DNA of 64,000 bases from Polyangiaceae bacterium (GCA_965222375.1 CBDCTZ010000016.1:1984001-2048000); one strand, 5' to 3'. Positions 46,695 through 56,597 are shown, numbered from the stretch's first letter. The notes: a model not told the origin generated them from the sequence alone. Made by a program: numbers and translations.

Positions 46695-49031
46695 ATGCGC
46701 GTCGCCTTCGTGATCCAGCACGGCGAAGCGCGCTACGGTTTCTTTGACGACACACTGCTGTCACTGTTGTGCGCGGATGCACGTCGCTCGGGCCATGAAG
46801 CCGAAGTCGTGCACGTATTTTTCGACGGACGCAGTGCCGACCGAGATGCCGCGGTCCGGGCGGAGCTGAAGGCCTGGCTCGCGGAACATCGCACCCAGCT
46901 CGTGGTGGTCGAACGTTGCGTGGACCTCCCGTCGCTCGCTGACTTCGCGGAGTCTCCAGAATGCACCTTGGTGCAGGTGACTCGTGGCGACTCCCTCGAC
47001 CCTGCGCCGTGCGCCAGCTTCATGGTCGGCGCACTGCCCGGCTTGACGAGTCAAAAGCGCGTCGCGCGTACGCCGCCCATCGACAGCCTGCGTCAGAGCT
47101 TCGAGGATTTGTTGAGGTGCCTGCGAAGCGGTTCTGCCACCGAGGGCGTTGCCGGGGTGACTCGTCTGGTGGAGGGCGAGTTCCTCCCCGGGCCGCCGAT
47201 AGAACCGAACGCAAAGTCTCGGCCCTTCGAGCCCGTCGTCGAGCACCAAGTCATCGCTCTCGACGTTCCCGCGGCGTCGACCCACAAGACCATATTCGGA
47301 AACGTGGGCTGCCCCTACGCGCAGGATCCCTACAGGTCGTCCCATTTCCTCGGCGCGGAGGCGCCGGACCAGGTTGGGCTGAGTCGCCTCGGCTGCGCCT
47401 TCTGCCCCATGGGTGGTGACTACCAGGTGCGCGCGGACCCGGAAGTCATCGCGAGCCTCATCACTCAAGCGCAATACTACGCGGACGCCTTGCCGAAGCT
47501 GGATGCGCTCGTGCTCTCGGACCAAGCTCCGGCCCGATATCTGGCTGGGCTGATGGACGCGGCGGGAGCAGCGCGCATTCGTCCACTGCGCTGGCTGTTT
47601 CCTTGCCGGGCTGACGCCTTCTTGCGCGAGGGCAAGGCCCTCGTCGCTGCTGTCGAGGCGGCTCAAGCCGCCAACCAAATCTTGGAGTGCTACCTGATCG
47701 GATTCGAGTCGTTCTGCCAACGCGAACTCGATCGCTACAACAAGGGCGTACAGGTGTCGGAGCTGGTGCAGAGCGTCGAGGGCATGCGAGAGCTCAAAGC
47801 GAAGTTTCCGCACAACTTCGACTACGCGCGAGCGCGGGGCCACAGCCTCGTTCTCTTCAACCCATGGACGTCGCCTCAGGACGTGTTCGAGAGCACAGAG
47901 GCGTTGAGGCAGCACGGGCTGTTGGAGCTATTTGATGAAATTGCGCGCAACCGATTGCGCCTGTATTCGGATCTCCCAATCACTCATGCGGCGAAGCGGG
48001 ATGGCGCTCTCGAGGTGCGAGATGCGGTCGGCTCGGGTGCCGGTCGCCGCAAGGGGTACAGTCAGGAATTACCTTGGCGGTTCTTGGATCCGCGCACGCA
48101 CGCTCTGGCGGATGTGTTGGAGCTGCTACGGGGGCAGCTCGGCACTGAAACCGAGCTGTCCCAACTGCGAGCGGCGACGCAGCTCTCGCTTTCCACCGAT
48201 GAGCTCGAGCTTCCACAGCTCGGAGACCGACTCTCCGCACTCACCGAAGCCGTCACTGACCTGCTGCACGACGAGCGCCGACCCGCAGCATTGCCACGCG
48301 CCCGCACGCAGCGCGCCTCGGCCGTCATATTCGCTGGCGCTTGCAACAATGGCTGCGTTGCATGTCCAAATCGAGACCACTTCTTCTCGGACGACGAAGG
48401 CGCCCTATCCGAGCGCGTGAAGTCCGCGCGCCAGCAGGCACAGCCCGTGCTGTTCGCCGGGCGAGAGCCCAGCATGCACCCGGCGCTGTTTCGCCTGCTT
48501 CAGGCAGCTAGAGGCGAGGATGCAAGAGCCGTCGGCGTGGTCAGCAACGGCCGGCGTTTCAGCTACCCTGCCTTCACGGAAGCCTGCGTGCAGTCGGGTC
48601 TCCGCGCCGCAAGTGTCAAGCTATTCGCGCCGACGGCGGCGACGGCCGATCAGATCAGCCGTGCCGAGGGGGCGCATGCCCAGGCCCTGGAGGGTTTGCA
48701 CCGACTGTCTGTTGCCGGCGTCGCTCTGGAAATCCGTGCGCCCATGCATCGAGCCAACCTCGATGCACTCGAACAGTTCGCAGCAATCGCGGGCGAGTTC
48801 GGTGCTTCCCTCCGGGTCGAAGTCAATCTCGAGGCCGTCGGCTTGACCGCATTGGAGGAAGCTGCTGGCGCGCTGCGTCGCCTCATTGCCGCATGCATTT
48901 CGGCGCGCATTGCCTTGGAAGCCGCGCCCCTTTCCGCAGCTACGCGGGACTTTCGCTATCTGCCCCTGCCCGCCGCGCTAAGGGTCCAGCGCAGCCGAAC
49001 GCCTTTGGCCGACGCGGATTCACAGGACTGA
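46695..49031 (+). CDS. Double radical-SAM-like protein with non-canonical Cx27CxxC motif in domain 1
   Basis: GCPY-(x)-GCAFC, IGFESF, ELDRYNKG, LFNPWT (class B-like core); second domain CNNGCVAC, AGREPS, SNGRRF. Confidence 0.8.
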   Translation: MRVAFVIQHGEARYGFFDDTLLSLLCADARRSGHEAEVVHVFFDGRSADRDAAVRAELKAWLAEHRTQLVVVERCVDLPSLADFAESPECTLVQVTRGDSLDPAPCASFMVGALPGLTSQKRVARTPPIDSLRQSFEDLLRCLRSGSATEGVAGVTRLVEGEFLPGPPIEPNAKSRPFEPVVEHQVIALDVPAASTHKTIFGNVGCPYAQDPYRSSHFLGAEAPDQVGLSRLGCAFCPMGGDYQVRADPEVIASLITQAQYYADALPKLDALVLSDQAPARYLAGLMDAAGAARIRPLRWLFPCRADAFLREGKALVAAVEAAQAANQILECYLIGFESFCQRELDRYNKGVQVSELVQSVEGMRELKAKFPHNFDYARARGHSLVLFNPWTSPQDVFESTEALRQHGLLELFDEIARNRLRLYSDLPITHAAKRDGALEVRDAVGSGAGRRKGYSQELPWRFLDPRTHALADVLELLRGQLGTETELSQLRAATQLSLSTDELELPQLGDRLSALTEAVTDLLHDERRPAALPRARTQRASAVIFAGACNNGCVACPNRDHFFSDDEGALSERVKSARQQAQPVLFAGREPSMHPALFRLLQAARGEDARAVGVVSNGRRFSYPAFTEACVQSGLRAASVKLFAPTAATADQISRAEGAHAQALEGLHRLSVAGVALEIRAPMHRANLDALEQFAAIAGEFGASLRVEVNLEAVGLTALEEAAGALRRLIAACISARIALEAAPLSAATRDFRYLPLPAALRVQRSRTPLADADSQD

Positions 49032-49071
49032 GTCACGCCCACGACTCCTGTGCGCTAGAGTCCAGGGTTGC

Positions 49072-50133
49072 ATGCTTCGGTTCTTTCCGCTTGCTGCTTT
49101 CGCCTTGGCTCTCGGATGCACCACCATTCTGGGAATCGATGGCGAGTTCCGGGATGAGGCTCCGGGTGGAGCGGCCGGCGCCTCAGGTGGTGGTGGCAGC
49201 GCTGGGGCTGATAGCGGCTTGGGCGGGAGTGGGGGCATGGGGCTCGTCGGGGTCGAGGATTGCCTCAATGGCAAAGATGACAACGACGACGATCAGGTCG
49301 ATTGCGCGGACAGCACGTGCCAAGACAAGTTCGGTTGTGAGCCTGCCGCGCCAGCTGGCTTCATGGGGCCCGTGGTGGTGTGGACCGGCGCCGGGACCGA
49401 AACCCCACCACCGTGTGCGGATCCTCAACTCGATCAACTCTCCCTCTTTGATGGCCTGACAGCGCCCCCCGCAGATTGCAGCTCGATCACTTGTCAGTGC
49501 TCTAAAACGAAAAGCCTAAACTGCCTGGCCTTGATCAAGTATCAAGGCGGCACCTGCACTGCGAGCGGCAGCTACACGCCCCTAAGCGGCGGCTGCTTCA
49601 ACTTCTCGGTGGGCGTGCCCTCCAATGCGAACTTCCTGCCTGGGTCTTCCGGCAACCTCGAGTGCACGGCCTTTCCGCTGGGCCAGGCAACGCTCCCGGA
49701 AGTGAACTGGAAAAACCGCTACGCGTTGTGCTTTGCCTCCAACCCCGGCGCCGGTTGTGCAGGTGACCTGTGCGTGCCCAAGCCGGATAGCAACTACACC
49801 AAGCGCTGCGTATACAAGAAAGGAAGCGCGAGCTGCCCTGCTGCGTTCCCGACCGCCCTCAATCTATTCTCGGGCGTGACCGACCAGCGAGGCTGCACGC
49901 CCTGCACTTGCGACGACACTGCGTCCTGCAGCGTGAGCGTCGAAGAGTTCTCCGGCAAAGACTGCCCCGGTAGTGGTGCCATCATGCCATCAGGCGGAGC
50001 CTGTTTGCCGGTAAGCGGCTCATCCCAGCGTTCGGTTCAAGTTACGGCGACGACCCCCGACTGCGTGCCCCAGGATGGCGCCGCCGTTGGCACTGCAACT
50101 CCCTCAGGGCCCATGACCGTTTGCTGCGAATGA
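49072..50133 (+). CDS. Cys-rich myxobacterial lipoprotein
   Basis: Lipobox LALGC, Gly/Ala linker, DCLNGKDDNDDDQVDCAD motif, many Cys, ending TVCCE. Confidence 0.8.
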   Translation: MLRFFPLAAFALALGCTTILGIDGEFRDEAPGGAAGASGGGGSAGADSGLGGSGGMGLVGVEDCLNGKDDNDDDQVDCADSTCQDKFGCEPAAPAGFMGPVVVWTGAGTETPPPCADPQLDQLSLFDGLTAPPADCSSITCQCSKTKSLNCLALIKYQGGTCTASGSYTPLSGGCFNFSVGVPSNANFLPGSSGNLECTAFPLGQATLPEVNWKNRYALCFASNPGAGCAGDLCVPKPDSNYTKRCVYKKGSASCPAAFPTALNLFSGVTDQRGCTPCTCDDTASCSVSVEEFSGKDCPGSGAIMPSGGACLPVSGSSQRSVQVTATTPDCVPQDGAAVGTATPSGPMTVCCE

Positions 50134-50178
50134 TCAGGTCGCGGGAATAGGCGCGGGGCTCGGCCTGTTGCGCCGACA

Positions 50179-50676
50179 ATGCGACTTCGCTTGCTGGCTC
50201 TGATCCTGACTGTGGTGCCCTTGGTCGGCTGTGATCACGCCACGAAGTACTGGGCGGAAACCAAGCTGCAGGGTGCGGCGCCCATCGAGATCCTGCCGAA
50301 CATGCTCGATTTGACCTACGTGCGGAATTTCGACGTCGCCTTCAGCCTGCTGCGTCACGTCCCCGACGACTGGAGGTTCACGCTGATCGTGGGCCTGGGG
50401 CTCCTCGCCATTGCCCTGGTCAGCTTCGTGTTGCTTTGGCGCCGATTGCCCTTGATGGAGGCCTCCGCGTACACGCTGGTCCTATCGGGTGCCATCGGCA
50501 ACGTGTCGGATCGGATCCTTCGCGGCTACGTCGTGGACTTCGTGCATCTGCACTATTGGCCCGTCTTCAACGCTGCGGATGTGTGGGTCGTGCTCGGTGT
50601 CGCACTCCTTGCCGTGTCCGCCATCCGCAAGGGGCCCGGACCGGGCAAGCTCATCGTCGCCCGCGCGCCGCCCTAA
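50179..50676 (+). CDS. lspA: Lipoprotein signal peptidase II paralogue
   Basis: D..TK, N..VAFS, GAIGNVSDR, VVDF, WPVFNAAD. Confidence 0.9.
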   Translation: MRLRLLALILTVVPLVGCDHATKYWAETKLQGAAPIEILPNMLDLTYVRNFDVAFSLLRHVPDDWRFTLIVGLGLLAIALVSFVLLWRRLPLMEASAYTLVLSGAIGNVSDRILRGYVVDFVHLHYWPVFNAADVWVVLGVALLAVSAIRKGPGPGKLIVARAPP

Positions 50677-50694
50677 CTGCTCCCTTTCATGATC

Positions 50695-51468
50695 CTACGC
50701 CGTGTGGTTCGCCACGAAAGCATAGGCCGCAGGGTCGAAGGGCCTGCCCACTAGCGTCGGAGCATTGCAGTACGGAGCCCCGCCAGGCTCGGGAACGCCC
50801 CAGCGCACGGCCTCAGCGATCCGCTGGTCTTGTAGCCGCAGTGAGAAAGCGACGCCCTCGCTCCCCATCACATGCACCCGCGCAGCAAGTTCGCGCCAGG
50901 CGGCCTCGAAACCTGGGTGCGTGCTGCCCAACTCCGAGAGCAAGCGCTCGCCCAAGAGTCGAGTCGCGTCGCAGCGCAGCGAGCACGGCGCGTGTGACAC
51001 CAGTGAGAGGGGCCCCACCAGCCACAGGGTCTCCGCGGGTGCCGCATCGGGCTCTCGAGGCAGCAGCGCGGCGAGTAGGGCGTCATCGTCCTGCACTTCG
51101 AGCCCGACAAAGCGCGTCACGCAACAACTCGGGTAGCCGAGCAGCTCACCGAAGGCTGCTTCGGCTCCTTCGCTGCGCCGTCTCGCGGCCATCTCGAGGG
51201 TATGCGCTTGCTCCAAAATACGACTCTCGGAGGCCGCCAGAATCACGATCTGACCATCCGGCGCCGGAGACTCGATGCGTCGAAGCTCGAGCCCGGCGCC
51301 TGCGAGCCAAGCTTGAGCAATCGCGGCGTCTGCGCTGCCCTGGCATTCCCGCTTGATCAGCTTTCGCAGCCCCAAGCCCAGCGCTGCGAGTTCGGGATCC
51401 GCTGGAGATACCGCGCCTTGCCCCGGCGTGCCGGAACGCAGCCGTGCTGGCCACTTGGGAAACGCCAC
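50695..51468 (-). CDS. DUF483-like hypothetical protein
   Basis: FGELLGYPSCCV and LVSHAPCSLRC motifs; start uncertain. Confidence 0.6.
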   Translation of the reverse strand: MAFPKWPARLRSGTPGQGAVSPADPELAALGLGLRKLIKRECQGSADAAIAQAWLAGAGLELRRIESPAPDGQIVILAASESRILEQAHTLEMAARRRSEGAEAAFGELLGYPSCCVTRFVGLEVQDDDALLAALLPREPDAAPAETLWLVGPLSLVSHAPCSLRCDATRLLGERLLSELGSTHPGFEAAWRELAARVHVMGSEGVAFSLRLQDQRIAEAVRWGVPEPGGAPYCNAPTLVGRPFDPAAYAFVANHTA

Positions 51469-51510
51469 TCGGTCCTTTTAGCAGCCAAAGCGCCGAGCTA
51501 CGACATTGCC

Positions 51511-52749
51511 GTGGCCTACGACCGAGATGCGTTCATCGAGGACTTCTTGGCGGCTCAGCCGTCGGCGCATGTCTTCCAGGGCTTTCGCATCAGCCGCGTC
51601 GAGCCCGACCGCGTGCGTCAGGCCCTCGACGTCGAGCTGACCCACGACGATGGACGCGCACTCGTCTTGTTTCTCGAGCGTCGAGTTCCCGGTCGCGAAG
51701 CGCTGGCTACGACGGAGGCGCTGTCCGTCTCCTACTATCCTTCTCGAGAGGTCAGCGACGCCGAGGCCGCACAGCTGGGGCGAGCGTTTGCGTCCTTCCT
51801 TTCGCAGCGCGAGAAGGCGTTGGGGCCGGAAGCGGCACAGCGCACCCTGCGCCTGGGGGTGCGCCAGGGCACTCCGGATCGCTGCTTGGAATTGCGCATC
51901 AATCGCGAGTGCAACGAGCAATGCGTGTTCTGCAACACCCCCGAAGATTCCGAGACGATCTTGCCGGGCCCTGCGGCGATTGAAGACGCCTTGCGGGTCG
52001 AGCAGGCCGCTGGTCACAGCAGTGTCTTGTTCACCGGGCGCGAGCCAACTCTGGAACCAAGGCTACTCGGCTACGTACAGTTGGCGAAGTCTCTCGGATA
52101 CTCCCGCATCCGCGTCCAAACCAACGGAACCCGACTGGCCGACGAGGGTTTCTTGCGCAAACTGCTGAACGCGGGCGTGACGGAATTCGAGATCTCATTG
52201 CACACTCTGCAAGTCGCGACCTTCGAGCAGCTCGTCGGGAAGCGGTCCCTGTTGCTCAAGACCGAAGGCGGAATCGGCGCTGTTCTTCGAGCAGGGGCGC
52301 GGCTTCATCTGGTCACCGTCGCCACCACGCAGAACCTGCATGAGTTGCCAGACATGCTGCGGACTCTGGGCAAGCGCTACGCGGGCCGTCTGCGCCACCT
52401 GACTCTGAGCCCCATGGCACCGGTCGGGGACGGCGAGCAGCGCCTGGACCTGATTCCCCGATTTTCGAAGCTGACCCAGTCGCTGCCCAAGATCGTTGCT
52501 GCCGCCCGCGAGGCGCAAATTGACCTGGAGATCCCCTCCCGCTGCGGGCTACCCCTGTGCGTGACGCCGCCGGAGCTGCGGAGTCTCAATCTGGAAGCCA
52601 AGAACACGCCGGGCCTGACCCTCGAGACCGGCAAGCACAAGCCGCCCCAGTGCAGCCAGTGCCGCTTTGATGCGGTGTGCACCGGCGTGTGGTCGGCCTA
52701 CCTCGATCGCCACGGTAGCGACGAATTGGTCGCCGTGCCCGCGAGCTAG
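51511..52749 (+). CDS. Radical SAM protein (HxsC-like) with N-terminal recurring domain
   Basis: CNEQCVFC, TGREPT, QTNG, CGLPLC, CSQCRFDAVCTG; GTG start 51511 assumed. Confidence 0.88.
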   Translation: MAYDRDAFIEDFLAAQPSAHVFQGFRISRVEPDRVRQALDVELTHDDGRALVLFLERRVPGREALATTEALSVSYYPSREVSDAEAAQLGRAFASFLSQREKALGPEAAQRTLRLGVRQGTPDRCLELRINRECNEQCVFCNTPEDSETILPGPAAIEDALRVEQAAGHSSVLFTGREPTLEPRLLGYVQLAKSLGYSRIRVQTNGTRLADEGFLRKLLNAGVTEFEISLHTLQVATFEQLVGKRSLLLKTEGGIGAVLRAGARLHLVTVATTQNLHELPDMLRTLGKRYAGRLRHLTLSPMAPVGDGEQRLDLIPRFSKLTQSLPKIVAAAREAQIDLEIPSRCGLPLCVTPPELRSLNLEAKNTPGLTLETGKHKPPQCSQCRFDAVCTGVWSAYLDRHGSDELVAVPAS

Positions 52750-52848
52750 ATTCGGGCTGTTTTGTTGCTGGCAACAGATGCGGGTTCGGGAGGCTTCCCG
52801 GAGACTTATATCGAGCTAGATTCGGGCTGTTTTGTTGCTGGCAACAGA
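52742..52848. repeat. Two identical 37-bp direct repeats separated by 33 bp
   Basis: cgagctagattcgggctgttttgttgctggcaacaga at 52742-52778 and 52812-52848. Confidence 0.9.
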
Positions 52849-52990
52849 GCTGACCTAGGCCCAACGGGGGCCGCTCCAAGCCCCTGGCCCGAGTTTCGGC
52901 GGGGCAGCGCGGAGCCTATGAGCGCGCCCGGTCGCAGGCCGCCGACCCACTCCATACACCGTACACCTATGTGCTCCATCATCTCACGCT

Positions 52991-53311
52991 ATGCGACTTT
53001 CGATGCGGTCGCGCATACCGCGAGACTGCCTCTTCCGGTACTATTTGAATGTGGGAGATCACGCTCCGCCATCCATCCGTAGCCGCAGCTTCACCGAAAT
53101 CAATGTGCTCGCCGAGCGCATCCATGCCGAGCTGAGCCCAACCGAGGGCATCACGGTTCAAGAGCTGGGAAGCCGCTTGAACCTGCGTGCATATGATTTG
53201 AGTCGACCGTTGCAGCGCTTGGTGGACGCCAAACGCGTCACCAAGCGCGTCGAAAACCACATGACGGTCTACTTCCAGGCCAACGAGACGCAGATCAACT
53301 TCAAGCCTTGA
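52991..53311 (+). CDS. Small winged-helix DNA-binding-like protein
   Basis: GITVQELGSRLNL...LSRPLQRLVDAKRVTK...TVYF pattern; start uncertain. Confidence 0.5.
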   Translation: MRLSMRSRIPRDCLFRYYLNVGDHAPPSIRSRSFTEINVLAERIHAELSPTEGITVQELGSRLNLRAYDLSRPLQRLVDAKRVTKRVENHMTVYFQANETQINFKP

Positions 53312-53639
53312 GGGCGTCGCAACGCTGCACGCGTGCAGCTAGTTGCTCGCGAACGCATGCGAGCTGCCTAGAGTGTTCCATCGGGGCCTGAGGCAGCTCT
53401 GTTGTCAGAACAAAAAAAACAATCCCACAACCGAGATGCCGCACTTCGCAAGCGGAGTGTCACGTCCCTGATGGGTGCCTGGTCCCTCGCTCCGACCTGC
53501 TTGAGACGTTCCGGCGCGTCGCGCTGGCCCCGGCCCTGCTCTCAGCATCGACTGATTTCTCCGGCCTCCAACTATTGGAAAGCACACGAGTTTACGAAGC
53601 GGCCGCAGAAAGTGTGAGCCATTGTCAGCCCCGGCGGCC

Positions 53640-54275
53640 ATGTTGGCTCGCGGATTTGCGATGGCTCGGCCTGTCCTCAAACTACCCACCGACACCCTGC
53701 GTCTACTCGCGCCGGCGGAGGAGACGGAATCCCTGGTGGATGCGCTCAAGGTGCGCAAGCCCTGGGCAGAGCGTGCGCTAGTTGAGGATCACACCGGCCA
53801 CGTTCAGCGACTGATCACTCGGGTCCTGGGCCCGCACCCGGATCTAGACGACTTGGTCCAAGAGGTGTTCATCCGAGCTTTGGATCGCGTGGACCAGCTT
53901 CGAGACGAAGGCGTCAAGCGCTGGCTGGGAGCGTTTGCCATCAACGTTGCCCGAGAGGCGCTCCGCAAACGGCGACGCTGGAGGTGGATCATGAGCGTCG
54001 CGCCTGAAGACACACCTGAAGTGGACTCAGGGGTCGCGTCGCCCGAGGTACAGGCGGCAATGCGCGCGCTGTATCGGCTGCTCGATGACATGGATCCCGA
54101 TGACCGCGTTGTCTTCACCCTGCGTAATATCGAAGGGCTCCAATTGCTCGACGTCGCAGCCATGGCTGACATGTCGCTCTCGACTGCCAAGCGCCGGATC
54201 AAGCGGGCAGAGGGTTGGCTCGTGTCGCACGCCAAACGGGATGTGCTCCTTTCGGATTGGGTGGAGGCACCATGA
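53640..54275 (+). CDS. ECF sigma factor
   Basis: DDLVQEVFI, WL..FAIN, RVVFTLR.IEGL, SLSTAKRR. Confidence 0.9.
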   Translation: MLARGFAMARPVLKLPTDTLRLLAPAEETESLVDALKVRKPWAERALVEDHTGHVQRLITRVLGPHPDLDDLVQEVFIRALDRVDQLRDEGVKRWLGAFAINVAREALRKRRRWRWIMSVAPEDTPEVDSGVASPEVQAAMRALYRLLDDMDPDDRVVFTLRNIEGLQLLDVAAMADMSLSTAKRRIKRAEGWLVSHAKRDVLLSDWVEAP

Positions 54276-55543
54276 CTGAGGCACTTGCCAACCTGACTAC
54301 CAAGGTCCGCGCCGCTCAAGACGAGGAGCTGGAGGCGCGCACCGAGTTGCCGGTGGAGCAACGACTGGCAGAGATCCACGCGGCGTTGGGGCGGCGCAGC
54401 GTTCGTGCAAAGCGCTCTCCCTACCTCGCGGGAGGTCTTGCGGTTGCGGCGGCCGCGGGAGTGTTGCTGTGGCTTTTCTTGCGCCCGGCGCCTCCACTGA
54501 CCGCAAAGCTGCAGAAGCGCGAAATCGCTTCAGGCACCTGGCTCCGCTCTGCCGGGGAGGCGGAGCCGGTGACTTTCTCCGACGGCACTGCCCTCACCCT
54601 CGCTCCCAACGCGGCGATGCGCCTGGTTCACGTGGACGATCGTGGCGCGACGGTCGCCCTGGAACGCGGCGAGCTGCACGTTTCGGTCGTGCATCGGGCG
54701 GATGCGCGCTGGCAGGTTGCCGCGGGGCCCTTTCACGTGCTCGTGACCGGCACGCGGTTCGACGCAAGCTTTGATCCTGCGGCTGAAACTCTCCGCGTCG
54801 CGATGGCCGAAGGGTCCGTGCAGGTCAGCGGAGGCTGTCTCGAACGGCCTCGTCGCCTCGCCGATCAAGAGGTTGCGGAATTCAGTTGCAAGCAGCAGGA
54901 GGGGCCGAAGCCGTCCAAGGCGTCATCCAAGTTGGCGCGGCCCAACAGGCCGGCGCAGCCCAGCTCGGCGCAGCCCAGCTCGGCGCAGCCCAGCTCGGCG
55001 CAGCCCAGCTTGGCGCAACCGGAAAACCCGCAGCCGACCATGCCCACACCATCGGGTGTGAGTTCGGTGGCGCTGCCCGCCCAGAGTTGGCAACAGCTCT
55101 CCAAGAACGGCCATTTCAAGGCGGCCTTGGCTGCTGCGGAGGCGCGAGGCTTCTCCACCCTATGCGCGAGTGGGGGCAGTGGCGGCTTGGTGGAGTTGGG
55201 CAATGTCGCTCGGTTGGCCGGCAACCCTGCCCGGGCTGCTGAGGCCTACCTGGCGCTCAGAAAGAGGTTTGCGGGTAGCGCGGCCGCAGGCACTGCTGCG
55301 TTTCAATTGGGGCGATTGGCCTTCGATGGCTCCGGAGACTACGCCGCAGCGCGGCGATGGTTCGGGGTCTATCTGCGAGAACAGCCCGGGGGTCGCTTCG
55401 CTCAGGAGGCGCTCGGGCGGCGAATGGAAGCGGAGCAGCGCCAAGGAGATCGCGAAGCAGCGTCGGCGACGGCCGCACGCTACCTCGCGCGGTTTCCCTC
55501 GGGCGCTCATGCGGCGCTGGCTCACTCTCTCTCGAGTGAATGA
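54272..55543 (+). CDS. FecR-like anti-sigma factor with C-terminal TPR-like domain
   Basis: TM helix, FSDGT.L.L, LERG, V.VTGTRF, EGSV.V; C-terminal YL.RFP.G; ATGA overlap with the sigma gene. Confidence 0.85.
   Translation: MTEALANLTTKVRAAQDEELEARTELPVEQRLAEIHAALGRRSVRAKRSPYLAGGLAVAAAAGVLLWLFLRPAPPLTAKLQKREIASGTWLRSAGEAEPVTFSDGTALTLAPNAAMRLVHVDDRGATVALERGELHVSVVHRADARWQVAAGPFHVLVTGTRFDASFDPAAETLRVAMAEGSVQVSGGCLERPRRLADQEVAEFSCKQQEGPKPSKASSKLARPNRPAQPSSAQPSSAQPSSAQPSLAQPENPQPTMPTPSGVSSVALPAQSWQQLSKNGHFKAALAAAEARGFSTLCASGGSGGLVELGNVARLAGNPARAAEAYLALRKRFAGSAAAGTAAFQLGRLAFDGSGDYAAARRWFGVYLREQPGGRFAQEALGRRMEAEQRQGDREAASATAARYLARFPSGAHAALAHSLSSE
54952..55020. repeat. In-frame 15-bp tandem repeat encoding (AQPSS)n linker
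   Basis: ggcgcagcccagctc repeated about 4 times. Confidence 0.85.
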
Positions 55544-56577
55544 TTTCCGGAGCCGCCAGAGCCGTCGGACTCGGCTGTGCCCTGCTGCTCGGGGCGAGCT
55601 CCGCTAGCGCAGCGAGCGTTCGTTACTTTTCCGATGCTTCCGAGCCCTTCAATCGCCGAGTCGTTGCGGAGATCGAAAGCGTCGGCTTTGAGGTGGAGCA
55701 ACCGGAATCGGAGCTGAGTACGTTGCCCCAGGATACTGTCGCCCTAGTCCGTGTTTCGACAGCGTCCCCATTGGTCGAAGTGTGGCTAGTTGACGGCAAG
55801 AGCCTGCGACTGGCAGCGACAATGAAGCGTGACTCGGCGCTTTCTGACGATCAGGACAGCGTGCGCATTGCCGAAAGGGTTCGTGGCTTGCTCGCCCCCC
55901 TGGCGAAAAAGTCCCAAGCCGCTGCGGGTGTCCTTCCGGTCGCGCCGGAACCGATCCCCCCGCCGGCGCCCAAGCCCGCGCCAAGTTCAACCCCGCTTGA
56001 GCAGCCCGTCTCGGAGCCGGCGCCCGCGCCCGTCGACCGACAATCCACCTTCCAGGGGCCGCATCATCCAGGCGATTGGGATGCGGCGGCTTCTTTAGGC
56101 GTGCAATCCCTGCCCGGAGGTGCCGGTGCGAGCGCCCTGCTCTCCCTTCGGCGCAGGATTGTGGGACCGTCCTTTGGGCAGCTCGGAGCTGCGCTGCCCC
56201 TCACCGCGTCGACCATCGAGCGACAAGGCGCTAGCGCCGACGTCGATGCGCGTCTGGTTTTCGCGACTCTGAGCTACGCTTGGCTGGAGAGCAGCCGCTT
56301 CGGGCTTCACAGCGGCGCCGGCGCGAGTGTGGCTTGGGTGGAAGCTCGTGGCAACGCACGACTGCCTCAACGCGCGCAGAACGACTCCACGACCGCCGTA
56401 CTCCCTCACGTCACGACGGATGTGACGCTCAAACTCACCTCCCGACTCGCGCTTGGCGCTGGCGCGCTCGTCGCCTACTCGCCCAAGGATGTGGACGTAG
56501 CGTTCGGCGACGAGGTCGTCGGTAGCTTTGGTCGCCCGCTGGTGCTGGGTTTCGTCGGCATGTCGATACGTCCTTAG
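55540..56577 (+). CDS. Exported hypothetical protein with C-terminal barrel-like strands (third gene of ECF module)
   Basis: Signal peptide ending ASA, Pro-rich linker, amphipathic strands; ATGA overlap. Confidence 0.65.
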   Translation: MISGAARAVGLGCALLLGASSASAASVRYFSDASEPFNRRVVAEIESVGFEVEQPESELSTLPQDTVALVRVSTASPLVEVWLVDGKSLRLAATMKRDSALSDDQDSVRIAERVRGLLAPLAKKSQAAAGVLPVAPEPIPPPAPKPAPSSTPLEQPVSEPAPAPVDRQSTFQGPHHPGDWDAAASLGVQSLPGGAGASALLSLRRRIVGPSFGQLGAALPLTASTIERQGASADVDARLVFATLSYAWLESSRFGLHSGAGASVAWVEARGNARLPQRAQNDSTTAVLPHVTTDVTLKLTSRLALGAGALVAYSPKDVDVAFGDEVVGSFGRPLVLGFVGMSIRP

Positions 56578-56597
56578 CTCCCCGCGTCTGTGAGGCA

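Noticed and set aside
54952..55020. (AQPSS)n repeat as a phase-variation or precursor signal
   Set aside because: In-frame low-complexity linker, typical of these anti-sigma proteins.
53640..56577. ECF sigma/FecR/outer-membrane trio as the cluster regulator
   Set aside because: Such trios are very common in these organisms, and I found no shared promoter motif.
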